Source of the DNA: Patescibacteria group bacterium
Lineage (GTDB): Bacteria > Patescibacteriota > Gracilibacteria > UBA1369 > PNNO01
Assembly: GCA_042568575.1 (NCBI GenBank)
Contig: JBHPIO010000005.1
Span: 17,263 to 81,262 of the forward strand
Length of the DNA stretch: 64,000 nucleotides
Direction of reading: 5' to 3'
Of the stretch, positions 27,844 through 37,920 are shown piece after piece. Position 1 is the stretch's first letter. Every line of letters starts with the position of its first letter. The notes beneath the pieces were generated by a model that worked only from the letters and a program-made list of their open reading frames with translations, ran no database searches and was not told the origin of the DNA. The position numbers and the translations under genes are program-made.

Positions 27844-29481
27844 TTAATAAACTTCCTCTAAGTAGCATTTTTCACAGTAGACTTTTCCGGGTCTGTTTTT
27901 ACCGTATGCGGTTTTAATACTAGTTCCGCATTTATCACACTCTCTTTCAACGAGTCTATATGGATTTCTTAATGCCAAACGATCTTGATGCCTGCAATTT
28001 GGACATTTTGTTGGAATTGGCAGTTTCATTCTTTTATAAAAATGTAATTCCTGCGCAATAATTTTGTAATTTTTTTTGCATTCATTGCACGCAAGTACTT
28101 CATTTACTATTGAATCAGGAGCATCTTTTATGTGAGCAGGCACGTCAAATGTTTGAGGTTGGTATTCTCGTGGATCGGGATCTTCCCATAAATATCCTTT
28201 TTGAATTGCTTCCTCTTTGGTTATAGGGAAATATTCATGTGCAACGGTTTCGTTATAACCAAAAGGGGAGTGTGATATTGGGAAAAATTCTCCCCATTCA
28301 CCTGTTTTTTTCATATGTTCAATAATTTTTTCTACCATCTCTTGATATTCTGCTTTTGAATACGATTTATTTAAAATGCAATTTTCTTTATTTCTAATAT
28401 TGCTGCATCCAAAAGTATTTTGCGTATTAATGCAATATTCAGAGTAATAACCAAAGTGTGCGTTTCTGGAAAAAGTAGAATAAGCCATATATTTTGTTCC
28501 ATACATTCCAAGATAATCGCAACAAAGTTCATTCTCTTCAGTATAGTTGTTGTCGTAACAGTCCTTTAAATCCACAACTTGGGCACAGTATGCACAATCT
28601 TCACTTTTGTCAGTAAAAAATGAATCAAATACGTTTTTTGAATTATAAATATGACTTCCTGAAACGTTCTCAACATTGCTATTAGGCATATAATGATGAG
28701 GAACTTCAGATTTGATTTTATTTAATTTTTGTTGTAGTTCTTTTACTTTTTCTTTGTCACAAAAATCTATAGAAGCTTTAAATTTTTCAAACTCTTCTTT
28801 TGAAACAGGTTTATTTTCGATGTGATATTTTTTATTTCGAAGACCGGCACAAGATATACAATCACTGCATCCTTGGCAGTCATAACAAAACGATAAATCA
28901 TTTGAGTTGTAGCAGTCCTGGCAGTACTTACATCCATATAATTTTCTGCAATCAGTGCATTCATAACAAAGTTCACAGTCTCTAAGTACAAGTGTATCCA
29001 CGCAATCTTTCGAATAATATGGAGATCCGTACATGCAATCTTCAGAATAAACAGATCCAAAAATTAAGTACGAATTTTTTACGTCACCTACAAAGTTGCA
29101 ATACTCACAATTTTCAGATCTTACCAAATATAAAGAAATTCTTGGTATTTTATCTTGGAGTTCTTTAAACTGGTCAAAAAATGGACGGTTGAAATCGAAT
29201 TCCTGAGCATACTTCGCTCCATCCCATTTATCGCTCCACCAACAATCAGGACAATATATTGGAAACGGTTTATCTTCCGAATACATTGAGATAATATTTT
29301 TATTACATAAATCACAAACTCTTTTATATAGGTTCCTTTCATTTCTTATTGCATAACGTCTTTGTTGGCGACACTGAGGACAAAATGTTGGCTCTGGGAT
29401 ATTTAGCTTTTTGTAGTACTCTTTGTCTTTTGGATAGATAGTAAAATCATGAGAGCAATTTTTGCACTGCTTGTTTTCCAT
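27844..29481 (-). CDS. Cys-rich repeat / zinc-ribbon protein of a family common in CPR
   Basis: CPQCRQQRR…RNERNLYKR, WWSDKWD, WGEFFP…SPFGYNET, C-terminal YCEKCY. Confidence 0.85.
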   Translation of the reverse strand: MENKQCKNCSHDFTIYPKDKEYYKKLNIPEPTFCPQCRQQRRYAIRNERNLYKRVCDLCNKNIISMYSEDKPFPIYCPDCWWSDKWDGAKYAQEFDFNRPFFDQFKELQDKIPRISLYLVRSENCEYCNFVGDVKNSYLIFGSVYSEDCMYGSPYYSKDCVDTLVLRDCELCYECTDCRKLYGCKYCQDCYNSNDLSFCYDCQGCSDCISCAGLRNKKYHIENKPVSKEEFEKFKASIDFCDKEKVKELQQKLNKIKSEVPHHYMPNSNVENVSGSHIYNSKNVFDSFFTDKSEDCAYCAQVVDLKDCYDNNYTEENELCCDYLGMYGTKYMAYSTFSRNAHFGYYSEYCINTQNTFGCSNIRNKENCILNKSYSKAEYQEMVEKIIEHMKKTGEWGEFFPISHSPFGYNETVAHEYFPITKEEAIQKGYLWEDPDPREYQPQTFDVPAHIKDAPDSIVNEVLACNECKKNYKIIAQELHFYKRMKLPIPTKCPNCRHQDRLALRNPYRLVERECDKCGTSIKTAYGKNRPGKVYCEKCYLEEVY

Positions 29482-29541
29482 AATTTTAGATTATTAGCCA
29501 CTAAAAGGAAACTAGCATAAATCAGGCTAAATTTCATCTTT

Positions 29542-30297
29542 TTAATGAACTGGCAAGTACAACAAGCTAAACATAATTGCTACACCTATAAGAAAGCTAA
29601 CAAGTTGAAATATCGAATGTTTTACTTTTGTTTCTTTGTGAAGTTCAGGAATTAAATCTGCGTTCGCAATATAAATGAATCCACCAATTGTTATTGGAAT
29701 TATTATTTGGATTATACTTTCGTTGTTTATTCCAATTAATAAAACAATCAATGCTCCGGCAACGGCTGTTAAGGCAGAAAAGAAATTAAAAAGAAGTGCT
29801 TTTTTTGGCTTCATGCCTGAGTGAAGTAAAACTCCGAAGTCTCCCATTTCTTGAGGGATTTCATGAAGAATTACAGCAACTGTTGTTGCAATCCCAACGG
29901 GAACACTTAGTAAGAAACTACCAGCAATTAAAATTCCATCAATAAAATTATGTATTGCATCTCCAACTAAGTTCATGAATGCAAGTGGATGAGTATGATT
30001 TTTTGTTGCAGATAAATGGCAATGCCTCCAGTGAATGATTTTTTCCAGAACAAAAAATATAAGAATTCCAATCAATATATATAATGACGTCATCATTGTG
30101 AATCCACCCTCTTCTGCAAGTTCGGGAAGCATGTGAATAAATACATCTCCGAGCATCGCACCTGCCGCAAAAGAAACCATAAAAATCAAAAACTTTTTAA
30201 TAGATTTTTGATTAATAATCATTACTATCGCTCCAATAAGAGAGAGAATACTTACTATAAATACACTTACGAGCGTGTAAAACCATACTTCATTCAT
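29542..30297 (-). CDS. ZIP family metal transporter
   Basis: GDAIHNFIDG, LHEIPQEMGDFG, DLIPELH. Confidence 0.92.
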   Translation of the reverse strand: MNEVWFYTLVSVFIVSILSLIGAIVMIINQKSIKKFLIFMVSFAAGAMLGDVFIHMLPELAEEGGFTMMTSLYILIGILIFFVLEKIIHWRHCHLSATKNHTHPLAFMNLVGDAIHNFIDGILIAGSFLLSVPVGIATTVAVILHEIPQEMGDFGVLLHSGMKPKKALLFNFFSALTAVAGALIVLLIGINNESIIQIIIPITIGGFIYIANADLIPELHKETKVKHSIFQLVSFLIGVAIMFSLLYLPVH

Positions 30298-30316
30298 AAC
30301 ATTTCATTTTAAGAAA

Positions 30317-30853
30317 CTATTTGCTTTCTAAATCTTCAACAATATTTTTATACTTTTCGTGAATCATTGTTTTGTCGAAAGTTGCAAATTCCTGAACAAT
30401 TAATTCTTTTTCTTGATCATTAAGATATGTCATTGCGGAAATGAAAAAATGTTCATCTTCTTTTTTAATGTGAGCAGGATAAAAAAGACAAAGCTCATCT
30501 ATTAACATCAAAATATTTTGTAATGCTTCTTTATCTCCATCAACATATTTTTTATTTTCTTCACTTAAACTTGTCACCATTTGACGAGCTCTAGCATGTT
30601 CTTCTGTTAAATCTCCCATTACCTTAGTGTCTTCATCAGAAAGTGGTTTTCTTCCAAGTTCTCTAAATAAAATATCTTCTTCTTTTCCATGATGGGTTTT
30701 GTCTGCATATGTTCTAAAGAAATCAACTGCCGTATCAATAAAAACAGGATTAATTTCCATGTTCTCCTTTATGTTCTCTAGTTCTTTTTTTATTAGAACG
30801 ATCATTCGTTCAATAAGACGATGCTCCGTCATTAAAGGGCCAATTGGATCCAT
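30317..30853 (-). CDS. Hemerythrin HHE cation-binding protein
   Basis: LMTEHRLI, HHGKEEDILF, EEH, HIKKED. Confidence 0.88.
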   Translation of the reverse strand: MDPIGPLMTEHRLIERMIVLIKKELENIKENMEINPVFIDTAVDFFRTYADKTHHGKEEDILFRELGRKPLSDEDTKVMGDLTEEHARARQMVTSLSEENKKYVDGDKEALQNILMLIDELCLFYPAHIKKEDEHFFISAMTYLNDQEKELIVQEFATFDKTMIHEKYKNIVEDLESK

Positions 30854-30964
30854 GTGAATAAATTAAAGAATATCTGCTTCATAATAAATAACTAACCTAA
30901 CTATTGCAATGAGAGTTACTTCAAAGTTAAAATAGTTATGAATTATTTTTTTAACCCTCCCTAA

Positions 30965-31378
30965 ATGAACGTCAAAAGATTGATCCTCGCATCAATTGTG
31001 ATTTGGGTTGTTAGTTTTGCATTTATTATGCTGACTTGCGGATGGCTTTTTACATGGGTCTATGAAATCCCACCACTAATTTGGGTAAGTCCTGAAGACA
31101 TGAACCTTGGTTTGTCTATTGCATCAGGACTGCTAACTGCATTCTTGTTTACACTTGTCTATGCGATTTTTTACAAAGGTATTCCTGGGAAAGGTGTGAA
31201 AAAAGGTATGATTTACGGTATTTTACTATGGCTTGTAGGCCCACTTGTTGGGACATTAGTGATGCCGGTTTATATGACAATTGCTTGGACAGTTGTAATT
31301 TACTGGATTATTCAAATGTTTATTTTGAAGCTTATTTTAGGTGCACTTGTAGGTGCTATTTATAAGCCAAAAAAATAA
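30965..31378 (+). CDS. Hypothetical 4-TM membrane protein
   Basis: Four hydrophobic segments; KKGMIYG motif. Confidence 0.7.
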   Translation: MNVKRLILASIVIWVVSFAFIMLTCGWLFTWVYEIPPLIWVSPEDMNLGLSIASGLLTAFLFTLVYAIFYKGIPGKGVKKGMIYGILLWLVGPLVGTLVMPVYMTIAWTVVIYWIIQMFILKLILGALVGAIYKPKK

Positions 31379-31390
31379 TTATTATACAAA

Positions 31391-31422
31391 AAAAGGCCTC
31401 GCATTAATTTGTGGGGCCTTTT
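31391..31422. terminator. Bidirectional intrinsic terminator
   Basis: AAAAGGCCTCGCA-TTAATT-TGTGGGGCCTTTT between convergent genes. Confidence 0.8.
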
Positions 31423-31438
31423 GTAAATGTAAATTTTC

Positions 31439-32482
31439 CTAGCTTTCCGGTCTCAATTTCCTAACTTGCTTTCCAGCCTGCCACATTTCACTATTGCCCA
31501 TCTCAGCAAGTTCTTTATCTAACTCTTCACGATAATCTGGTCTGCTGTTTTTATCCAAAACAATTTCTGTTTCAGTTCCATTCTTAACACTTTTATAAAG
31601 GTCAGTGAATACTGGTGCGACAGCATCCCGGAATTTGTCTTTCCAGTCGAGTGCTCCACGTTGTGCAGTTGTTGAACAATTTGCAAACATCCAATCCATT
31701 CCATTTTCTCCAATTAGTGGAATTAAACTTTGAGTAGCTTCTTCAACAGTTTCATTAAATGCTTCACTTGGAGAATGTCCGCGTTTACGAAGTTCGTTAT
31801 ATTGAGCTTCCATTATTCCTGCCATTGCTCCCATCAAAACTCCTCGTTCACCAGTTAAATCGCTATAAACTTCATTTTTGAAAGTTGTTTCAAATAAATA
31901 TCCTGAACCAACAGCAATCCCAAGAGCCAAACATTTTTCTTCTGCTCTTCCAGTTGCATCTTGATAAATTGCATAACTTGAATTGACACCCTTTCCTTCA
32001 AGATAGTGTTTTCTAACAAGTCCACCAGGTCCTTTTGGTCCAACAAGAACAACGTCGATATCTTTCGGTGGAACAACTCCTGTTTGATTACTGTAAGTTA
32101 CAGCAAATCCGTGCGAGAAATATAAAGTTTTGCCACTTGTTAAATATGGCTTTATTGTTGGCCAAACAGCTTTTTGACCTGCATCTGAAAGCAAGTACAT
32201 TAGAACAGTCCCTTTTTCTGCAGCCTGCTCAATTGGGAATAAAGTCTCGCCAGGAACCCATCCGTCTTTAATTGCCTTATCCCAACTTTTTGAACCTTCT
32301 CTTTGTCCGATAATTACATTTATGCCGTTGTCTTTTAAATTTAATGCTTGTCCAGGTCCTTGAACTCCATATCCAAGTACTGCAACAGTTTCATCTTTTA
32401 AAATTTCTTGTGCCTTTTCCAATGGAAACTCTTCACGTGTCACGACATTTTCTTCAACGCCGCCAAAATCAAGTTTTGTCAT
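31439..32482 (-). CDS. ilvC: Ketol-acid reductoisomerase (Ilv5/Bacteroidetes-like form)
   Basis: GYGVQGPGQALNLKDNG, FSHGF, SDLTGERG, FNETVEE, CSTTAQRGALDW. Confidence 0.95.
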   Translation of the reverse strand: MTKLDFGGVEENVVTREEFPLEKAQEILKDETVAVLGYGVQGPGQALNLKDNGINVIIGQREGSKSWDKAIKDGWVPGETLFPIEQAAEKGTVLMYLLSDAGQKAVWPTIKPYLTSGKTLYFSHGFAVTYSNQTGVVPPKDIDVVLVGPKGPGGLVRKHYLEGKGVNSSYAIYQDATGRAEEKCLALGIAVGSGYLFETTFKNEVYSDLTGERGVLMGAMAGIMEAQYNELRKRGHSPSEAFNETVEEATQSLIPLIGENGMDWMFANCSTTAQRGALDWKDKFRDAVAPVFTDLYKSVKNGTETEIVLDKNSRPDYREELDKELAEMGNSEMWQAGKQVRKLRPES

Positions 32483-32539
32483 AATTGAATTTTATTAATA
32501 ACTAAAGAAAAACTATACATTCGAATAATTAAAGTCAAA

Positions 32540-33232
32540 TTATTTTTTTGATAGCGAGAGAAGACTATAAAGAGCGATATAACTTCCTTTCAAAAGTATG
32601 AAAAATAATCCTACAAAGATCAAAAATTCATAATTGATATTCTCAATAAATACACGCAGGACTTCAAATGGATCTGAAAAAATATCCCAACTGTTAAATC
32701 TAATAAATCTTCCAATATAAATCGCAATGCTGGTTAAAAATGTAACAATCGTCACAAATAGCCATCCAATCATAGAGTTGAAATGCTTTTTTACAATTTT
32801 ATGGAGTATGAAAAGTGAAATAAATCCGAGTAAAATTCCAATTCCGATTGCTATAGATAAAAGTGTGAAATCGAACCACATCAATAAATCAGTATGAAAA
32901 ACATATGTGCTAAAATAATTACCTTGCTCTTTCAGCGTCATGAAAGTGTACTTGTCTAGGTGAATAAAGTCAGTAATTAAATATGGTGCATTTGGATAGA
33001 AAAATAACCAAAAAAGTCCAACGATAATTAAAAGAAAATTCTTGAAACGATATTTTTTTGAATAGATATCAATTATTACTAGTGAAAGCAGTAAAGGAAC
33101 CCACGCAAGGAAAAGATTCCACAATAAAAATAAATATCCTGTTCTTTCCGTAACAAGTACTCTTATTATTAGCAAAATGAAAAGCATCACACTGAGCGCA
33201 AAAAGTACTTTTAAACTTGTTTTATTCTTCAT
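32540..33232 (-). CDS. DUF1361 family membrane protein
   Basis: WNLFLAWVP, FYPNAPYLITDFIHL, IYIGRFIRFNSWDI. Confidence 0.88.
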   Translation of the reverse strand: MKNKTSLKVLFALSVMLFILLIIRVLVTERTGYLFLLWNLFLAWVPLLLSLVIIDIYSKKYRFKNFLLIIVGLFWLFFYPNAPYLITDFIHLDKYTFMTLKEQGNYFSTYVFHTDLLMWFDFTLLSIAIGIGILLGFISLFILHKIVKKHFNSMIGWLFVTIVTFLTSIAIYIGRFIRFNSWDIFSDPFEVLRVFIENINYEFLIFVGLFFILLKGSYIALYSLLSLSKK

Positions 33233-33276
33233 TAATTTATGTTAAACAGTTATTAGACCTGTAGCGCACATTATAT

Positions 33277-33825
33277 ATGAAACTTAATGGGAACAAAATT
33301 TATCTGCAACCGGTATCGCTTAAATATGTTGATGTTTATAGGAAGTGGGTACACGATAAGGATGTAATTCGTTATACAACTATTAACCCTCCAACACGTG
33401 AAGAGCAAATAAAGTGGATAAAAGAAAGAGAAACAAGTGGCGTGGAAGAAGTCTTTAGCATTTTCTTAAAAAAAGACGATACAATAATTGGAAACGTTGG
33501 GTGCCATAATCTGGATAATCCCGATAATAATTTTGTTTTGGGAATTATTATTGGAGAAAAAGAATATTGGGGAGAGGGTTATGGAACAGACGCTTTTAAA
33601 ACAGTTATCCGTTATATGTTTGAAGAAAAAGATGCCAATATGGTTTCTTTGGATGTATTTGTCGGTAATAAATCTGCGCAACGTGTTTATGAAAAATGCG
33701 GGATGAAAGAAATAAAAAAGATTACAAAAACAAATGAACGCGAAAAAAAAGAGGTTGAATGTATATTAATGCAAGTCACCCGTGAGGAATATGAAAATTT
33801 AGATTATGCAGCCCCTTTTGAATAA
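33277..33825 (+). CDS. GNAT acetyltransferase (RimJ/RimL type)
   Basis: GIIIGEKEYWGEGYGTDA, NKSAQRVYEKCG. Confidence 0.88.
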   Translation: MKLNGNKIYLQPVSLKYVDVYRKWVHDKDVIRYTTINPPTREEQIKWIKERETSGVEEVFSIFLKKDDTIIGNVGCHNLDNPDNNFVLGIIIGEKEYWGEGYGTDAFKTVIRYMFEEKDANMVSLDVFVGNKSAQRVYEKCGMKEIKKITKTNEREKKEVECILMQVTREEYENLDYAAPFE

Positions 33826-34781
33826 ACAATTTGCGTTCCAGATTCACCATTTATTGCTTCTTCGCCGTTTTCTACTCCGGCAATTAAGGAAGGTTCACCG
33901 GTTTCTTCGGTAAATTCTATACACGACTCAACTTTTGGGCTCATACTTCCATTTGGAAATTCACTAAGCAACGATTTTGCTTCATTAGTTGTTAATATTG
34001 GAATGACTTTTCCTTTACTATTCTTTTTTGCAAATTCTTCTGGATGAATAACTCCTGGTACGACTGTGAGTATTGCCATTAATTGTGCATTAACAAATTT
34101 TGCAATTATTGCAGTTGCACGATCTTTATCAATAACCGCATCAATACCTGTGATTATTCCATCTTTCTCTATTACAGGTATTCCACCGCCGCCACCTGTT
34201 ATTGTTAAAATTCCGTTATCAACCGAATTTGCAATTACTCTCTCATTTAGAAATCTCATCGGTCTTGGAGAAGGAACAACTCGCCTGAATGGGCGTTCTG
34301 GAATAAGCCCATCTGGTAACTCTTTGATAGTCCAAGCTGGATAACTTTGTTTAGTTCTGCTGGTTTCTTCTGCAGTTAACCAAGGCCCAATAGGTTTTGA
34401 AGGATTTTCAAAACCAGGGTCATTTGGATCTATTTGAACATGACTAACTATTGTTGAAATTTCTCCAACTTGTTCGCTTCCAATTTCTCTTAGTTCATTT
34501 TCGATTAACATTTGTAACATTGATCCAATTCCACCTTGTGTGTAAGCAACCAAGTGGTAGAGTGGGTCGTTGCAAGCGTTGCGTAGAGCAAGATTGCCAA
34601 CTTGAGGACCATTTCCGTGAGTCAAAACCATTTGTACACCTCTATGAAAAATATCGGCAATAATTCGGCATGCCTTTTTTGCTGTATCTGCTTGCTGCTC
34701 AAGTGTTTCTCCTTTAAGCGCATTTCCTCCAAGCGAAAGTGCAATTGTATCTCCCAGTTCAGGTCTTTTAACTCCATTCAT
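33804..34781 (-). CDS. arcC: Carbamate kinase
   Basis: LGGNAL, THGNGPQVG, PSKPIGP, RRVVPSP, GGGGIPV, AVIDKD, GSMSPKV. Confidence 0.92.
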   Translation of the reverse strand: MNGVKRPELGDTIALSLGGNALKGETLEQQADTAKKACRIIADIFHRGVQMVLTHGNGPQVGNLALRNACNDPLYHLVAYTQGGIGSMLQMLIENELREIGSEQVGEISTIVSHVQIDPNDPGFENPSKPIGPWLTAEETSRTKQSYPAWTIKELPDGLIPERPFRRVVPSPRPMRFLNERVIANSVDNGILTITGGGGGIPVIEKDGIITGIDAVIDKDRATAIIAKFVNAQLMAILTVVPGVIHPEEFAKKNSKGKVIPILTTNEAKSLLSEFPNGSMSPKVESCIEFTEETGEPSLIAGVENGEEAINGESGTQIVYSKGAA

Positions 34782-34851
34782 ACCTAAAGTATACTAACTA
34801 ATAAAAGACAGGGGAGTAATATAAGAATTTAAGTGCAATAAGTCAAGAAGT

Positions 34852-35433
34852 TTAGGCAGATTGTTCTGCCTTTTTTTTGTCGCAAGCTTCCTTAATGAGA
34901 GTACGTATTTGTTCAGGTGAAATAGGCTTGTGTTGAAAAACATCAATGATTTTGAAAGCTAAAGCTGCCTCGAGTTCAAGGTCATCAAAGCCACCACCAC
35001 TTATCATTACAATTGGAATATTTTTTCCATTTGGTAGTTCCCTAACGGCTTTTGCAAATTCTAATCCTGTCATTTTTGGCATTAAATAATCAGTTAGGAT
35101 AGCGATATTTTTTCCTGCTGATCGCAGTAGATTTAAGCATTCATGTCCACTTTCAGTTATAATTCCAACTCCACCTGCAGTTTTTATGGATCTTGCGGCA
35201 ACTCTTGCCACCGGTGTGTCATCATCAACAATATAAACAGTAATTCCTTCAAGCGGTTTTTCTACCGCTGTTTCTGCAGTAACAACCTGCATAGCTGTAG
35301 GACTGAGGGCAGGATCAGCTTGGGGTTCACTTACGGCATCAGAGAGTGGAAGTGGTTCTGAAGGGGTTGGTGTTTGTAATACTTCTATGTGCGGTTCATG
35401 CTCCTTTGGATCATTTTCATGATCATTGTTCAT
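34852..35433 (-). CDS. Single-domain response regulator with a disordered N-terminal leader
   Basis: IVDDD, LTDYLMPKMTGLE, VMISG, KP. Confidence 0.88.
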   Translation of the reverse strand: MNNDHENDPKEHEPHIEVLQTPTPSEPLPLSDAVSEPQADPALSPTAMQVVTAETAVEKPLEGITVYIVDDDTPVARVAARSIKTAGGVGIITESGHECLNLLRSAGKNIAILTDYLMPKMTGLEFAKAVRELPNGKNIPIVMISGGGFDDLELEAALAFKIIDVFQHKPISPEQIRTLIKEACDKKKAEQSA

Positions 35434-35586
35434 CTTTTATTAAGTTAAAAATCAATAAGGTGTAAATTTTAAAGTATTTTATAAATTTGTCAAGTATTAA
35501 AGTATATAAATACATAAGCGTCTCTTGAAATCTTACTTACGAATGTACTATGCTTTCCGTTCACTATCATTTTTATCTTATCTACT

Positions 35587-35907
35587 ATGCTCAACTATAT
35601 AGAAATTGTTGCACTTGTAACAGGAGTTGTCGTTATAATTGTCGAAACAGTTATTATTTTCTTGCTTGTAAAACATCTTAAAGCTCTAGATAAACATATT
35701 GAGAAAAATGAGCAACTGATGCTGAAATTTGAATATAACATTCAGGAGCATCTCGAGCATTTAAATGAGCATTCTCATGAAATTGAGTTAAAACTCGAAA
35801 AAATCTGTGGTCCGGATATGGAAAATATGCATGTTCACAAACCATTGGAAACCTTAAAAGATTCACAAAAAATTGAAGGAAACTTAAGGAAAAGTTTAAA
35901 TAAGTAA
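35587..35907 (+). CDS. Hypothetical protein (one TM helix plus coiled coil)
   Basis: N-terminal TM helix; first gene before the NMT1/kinase genes. Confidence 0.6.
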   Translation: MLNYIEIVALVTGVVVIIVETVIIFLLVKHLKALDKHIEKNEQLMLKFEYNIQEHLEHLNEHSHEIELKLEKICGPDMENMHVHKPLETLKDSQKIEGNLRKSLNK

Positions 35908-35941
35908 TATAAAATTCATCTAGTATTTATAACTAAACAAT

Positions 35942-36919
35942 ATGAAACGTTTACTAATAATAACGTTATCGTTATTTGTGCTGGGGGTATCCGGTTGTGG
36001 AAAACAACAAATTGATGAATCGGCAGAACTCCAAGAAGTAACTGTTAAGCTAAAGTGGATTCATCAGGCACAATTTGCAGGAAATTATGTTGCAAAAGAT
36101 ATGGGTCTCTATGAAGATGAAGGCTTGATTGTAGATTTACAGCCTTTTTCTTTTGAAGAACCAACAATCGATGCAGTAGTTAATGGTGATGCAGATTTTG
36201 GAATTACAGGTGCAGATGAGTTGTTGGTGGCGAGGTCAAACGGCATGCCAATAAAAGCCTTTGCGGTTATTTTTCGAACGAATCCTGTTTGTGCGTACAG
36301 TCTAAAAGAAAGCGGGATTACGAAGCCCCAAGATCTAATAGGTAAAACTGTAGGTTTGGAGAGAGGAACAAATGTGGATACCCTATATTACGTTATGATG
36401 TCGCGACTCGGTATTGATAGGAGTCAAATTGACGAAGTTACAATTGGTTATGATGCAACTGAGCTTTTAAATGGTGATACTGATGTGTCGACAGGATATA
36501 TAATCAATGAACCAAATCAGGCAGTAGAAGCAGGTCACGAAGTTAATATAATTTTGATGGCTGATTATGGCGCAAATATGTATGCGGATGTTTTATTTGC
36601 TACTGAAGATACGATTGAAAACAAGCCTGAGCTTGTTGAAAGATTTCTAAGTGCAACATTAGATGGTTGGAAATATGCAATTGAAAATGAAGATGAAGCT
36701 GTAGAGATTACTATGAATTATGCAACTGACAGTACAAAAAGCCATCAAGCATATATGTTGAAGCAATCTGTTCCTTTAATTCACACTGGCGATAAGCCTA
36801 TTGGATGGATGACCGAAACTCACTGGAATGAAGTAGAAAAGGTACTAGTAGAACAAAATATTTTGGAGAAAGAAGTGGATGTTGATACAGCGTATACTAA
36901 TGAGTTTTTAAATAATTAA
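35942..36919 (+). CDS. NMT1/THI5-like substrate-binding lipoprotein
   Basis: Lipobox VSGC; LKWIHQAQFAGNY, GYIINEP. Confidence 0.85.
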   Translation: MKRLLIITLSLFVLGVSGCGKQQIDESAELQEVTVKLKWIHQAQFAGNYVAKDMGLYEDEGLIVDLQPFSFEEPTIDAVVNGDADFGITGADELLVARSNGMPIKAFAVIFRTNPVCAYSLKESGITKPQDLIGKTVGLERGTNVDTLYYVMMSRLGIDRSQIDEVTIGYDATELLNGDTDVSTGYIINEPNQAVEAGHEVNIILMADYGANMYADVLFATEDTIENKPELVERFLSATLDGWKYAIENEDEAVEITMNYATDSTKSHQAYMLKQSVPLIHTGDKPIGWMTETHWNEVEKVLVEQNILEKEVDVDTAYTNEFLNN

Positions 36920-36930
36920 AATCTAAAAAT

Positions 36931-37920
36931 ATGAAACGTTTAACATTTACTATTTCAATAGTTCTAATACTGCTTTTTTCTGGATGTGGAAATAATGTAA
37001 AAAGTAACGAATTAGAAGATACAGTAGTGAAACTTAAATGGAAGCATCAGGCTCAATTTGCAGGAAATTATGTCGCTAAAGATAAAGGTTTTTACGCAGA
37101 CGAAGGATTAAATGTAGAGTTAGTCCAGTATTCTGATGAGGAGCCTACAATTGATGCAGTAGTTGATGGTGATGCAGATTTGGGTATTACTAGTGCGGAG
37201 GAATTAGTATTAGCAAGATCAAAAGGAGTACCTTTAGTTGCTTTTGCTGTAATTTATCAAACCACTCCTGATTGTTTTTATGCGTTAAAAGAAAGTGGGA
37301 TTAAAAAACCACAGGATTTTGTAGGTAAAAGAGTTGGTTTGCGTCGTGGACCTGAAGCAAATATCTTATATAATGTTATGATGTCGGAACTTGATATTGA
37401 TAGAACCCAGATTGAAGAAGTTGAAGTTGGATATGATAATACTGAATTAGTAAATGGAGAAGTAGATGCTACAGTTTGTTATATCATAAATGAACCGTTA
37501 CTGCTTGAGGAATTAGGGTATGAAGTGAATACAATCCTAATGGCGGATTATGGTGCAAGTATGTATGGAGATGTTCTATTTGCTACCGAAGATACTATAA
37601 ATAATAATCCTGAGCTAGTTGAGAGTTTCTTAAAAGCGACCATAGAAGGATGGAATTATGCAATAGATAATAAAGACGAAGCTACAGATATTACTTTAAA
37701 TTACGCGATTAATAGTACAAAGGAACACCAGAGAAATATGCTAGAAAATGCGATTCCTTTAATTCATATGGATGGAAAGATAACTGGATGTATGGAAAAA
37801 AGTGGATGGGACGAGGTTCAAAGAATTTTAATTGAGCAAGGTGTTTTGAAGAATGAAATCAATATTAACAATGCATATACATTAGAGTTTGTTGAAAAAT
37901 TTCATAGTCATACTGAATGA
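36931..37920 (+). CDS. NMT1/THI5-like substrate-binding lipoprotein (tandem paralog)
   Basis: Lipobox FSGC; LKWKHQAQFAGNY, CYIINEP. Confidence 0.85.
   Translation: MKRLTFTISIVLILLFSGCGNNVKSNELEDTVVKLKWKHQAQFAGNYVAKDKGFYADEGLNVELVQYSDEEPTIDAVVDGDADLGITSAEELVLARSKGVPLVAFAVIYQTTPDCFYALKESGIKKPQDFVGKRVGLRRGPEANILYNVMMSELDIDRTQIEEVEVGYDNTELVNGEVDATVCYIINEPLLLEELGYEVNTILMADYGASMYGDVLFATEDTINNNPELVESFLKATIEGWNYAIDNKDEATDITLNYAINSTKEHQRNMLENAIPLIHMDGKITGCMEKSGWDEVQRILIEQGVLKNEININNAYTLEFVEKFHSHTE

Noticed and set aside
26629-29481. DGR template/variable repeat pair in the Cys-rich paralogs
   Set aside because: Similarity is diffuse at protein level, I found no near-identical segment with adenine-specific mismatches, and no reverse transcriptase is present.
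35942-37920. THI5-type HMP-P synthases linked to pdxST
   Set aside because: Both are exported lipoproteins and lack the CCCFC motif.
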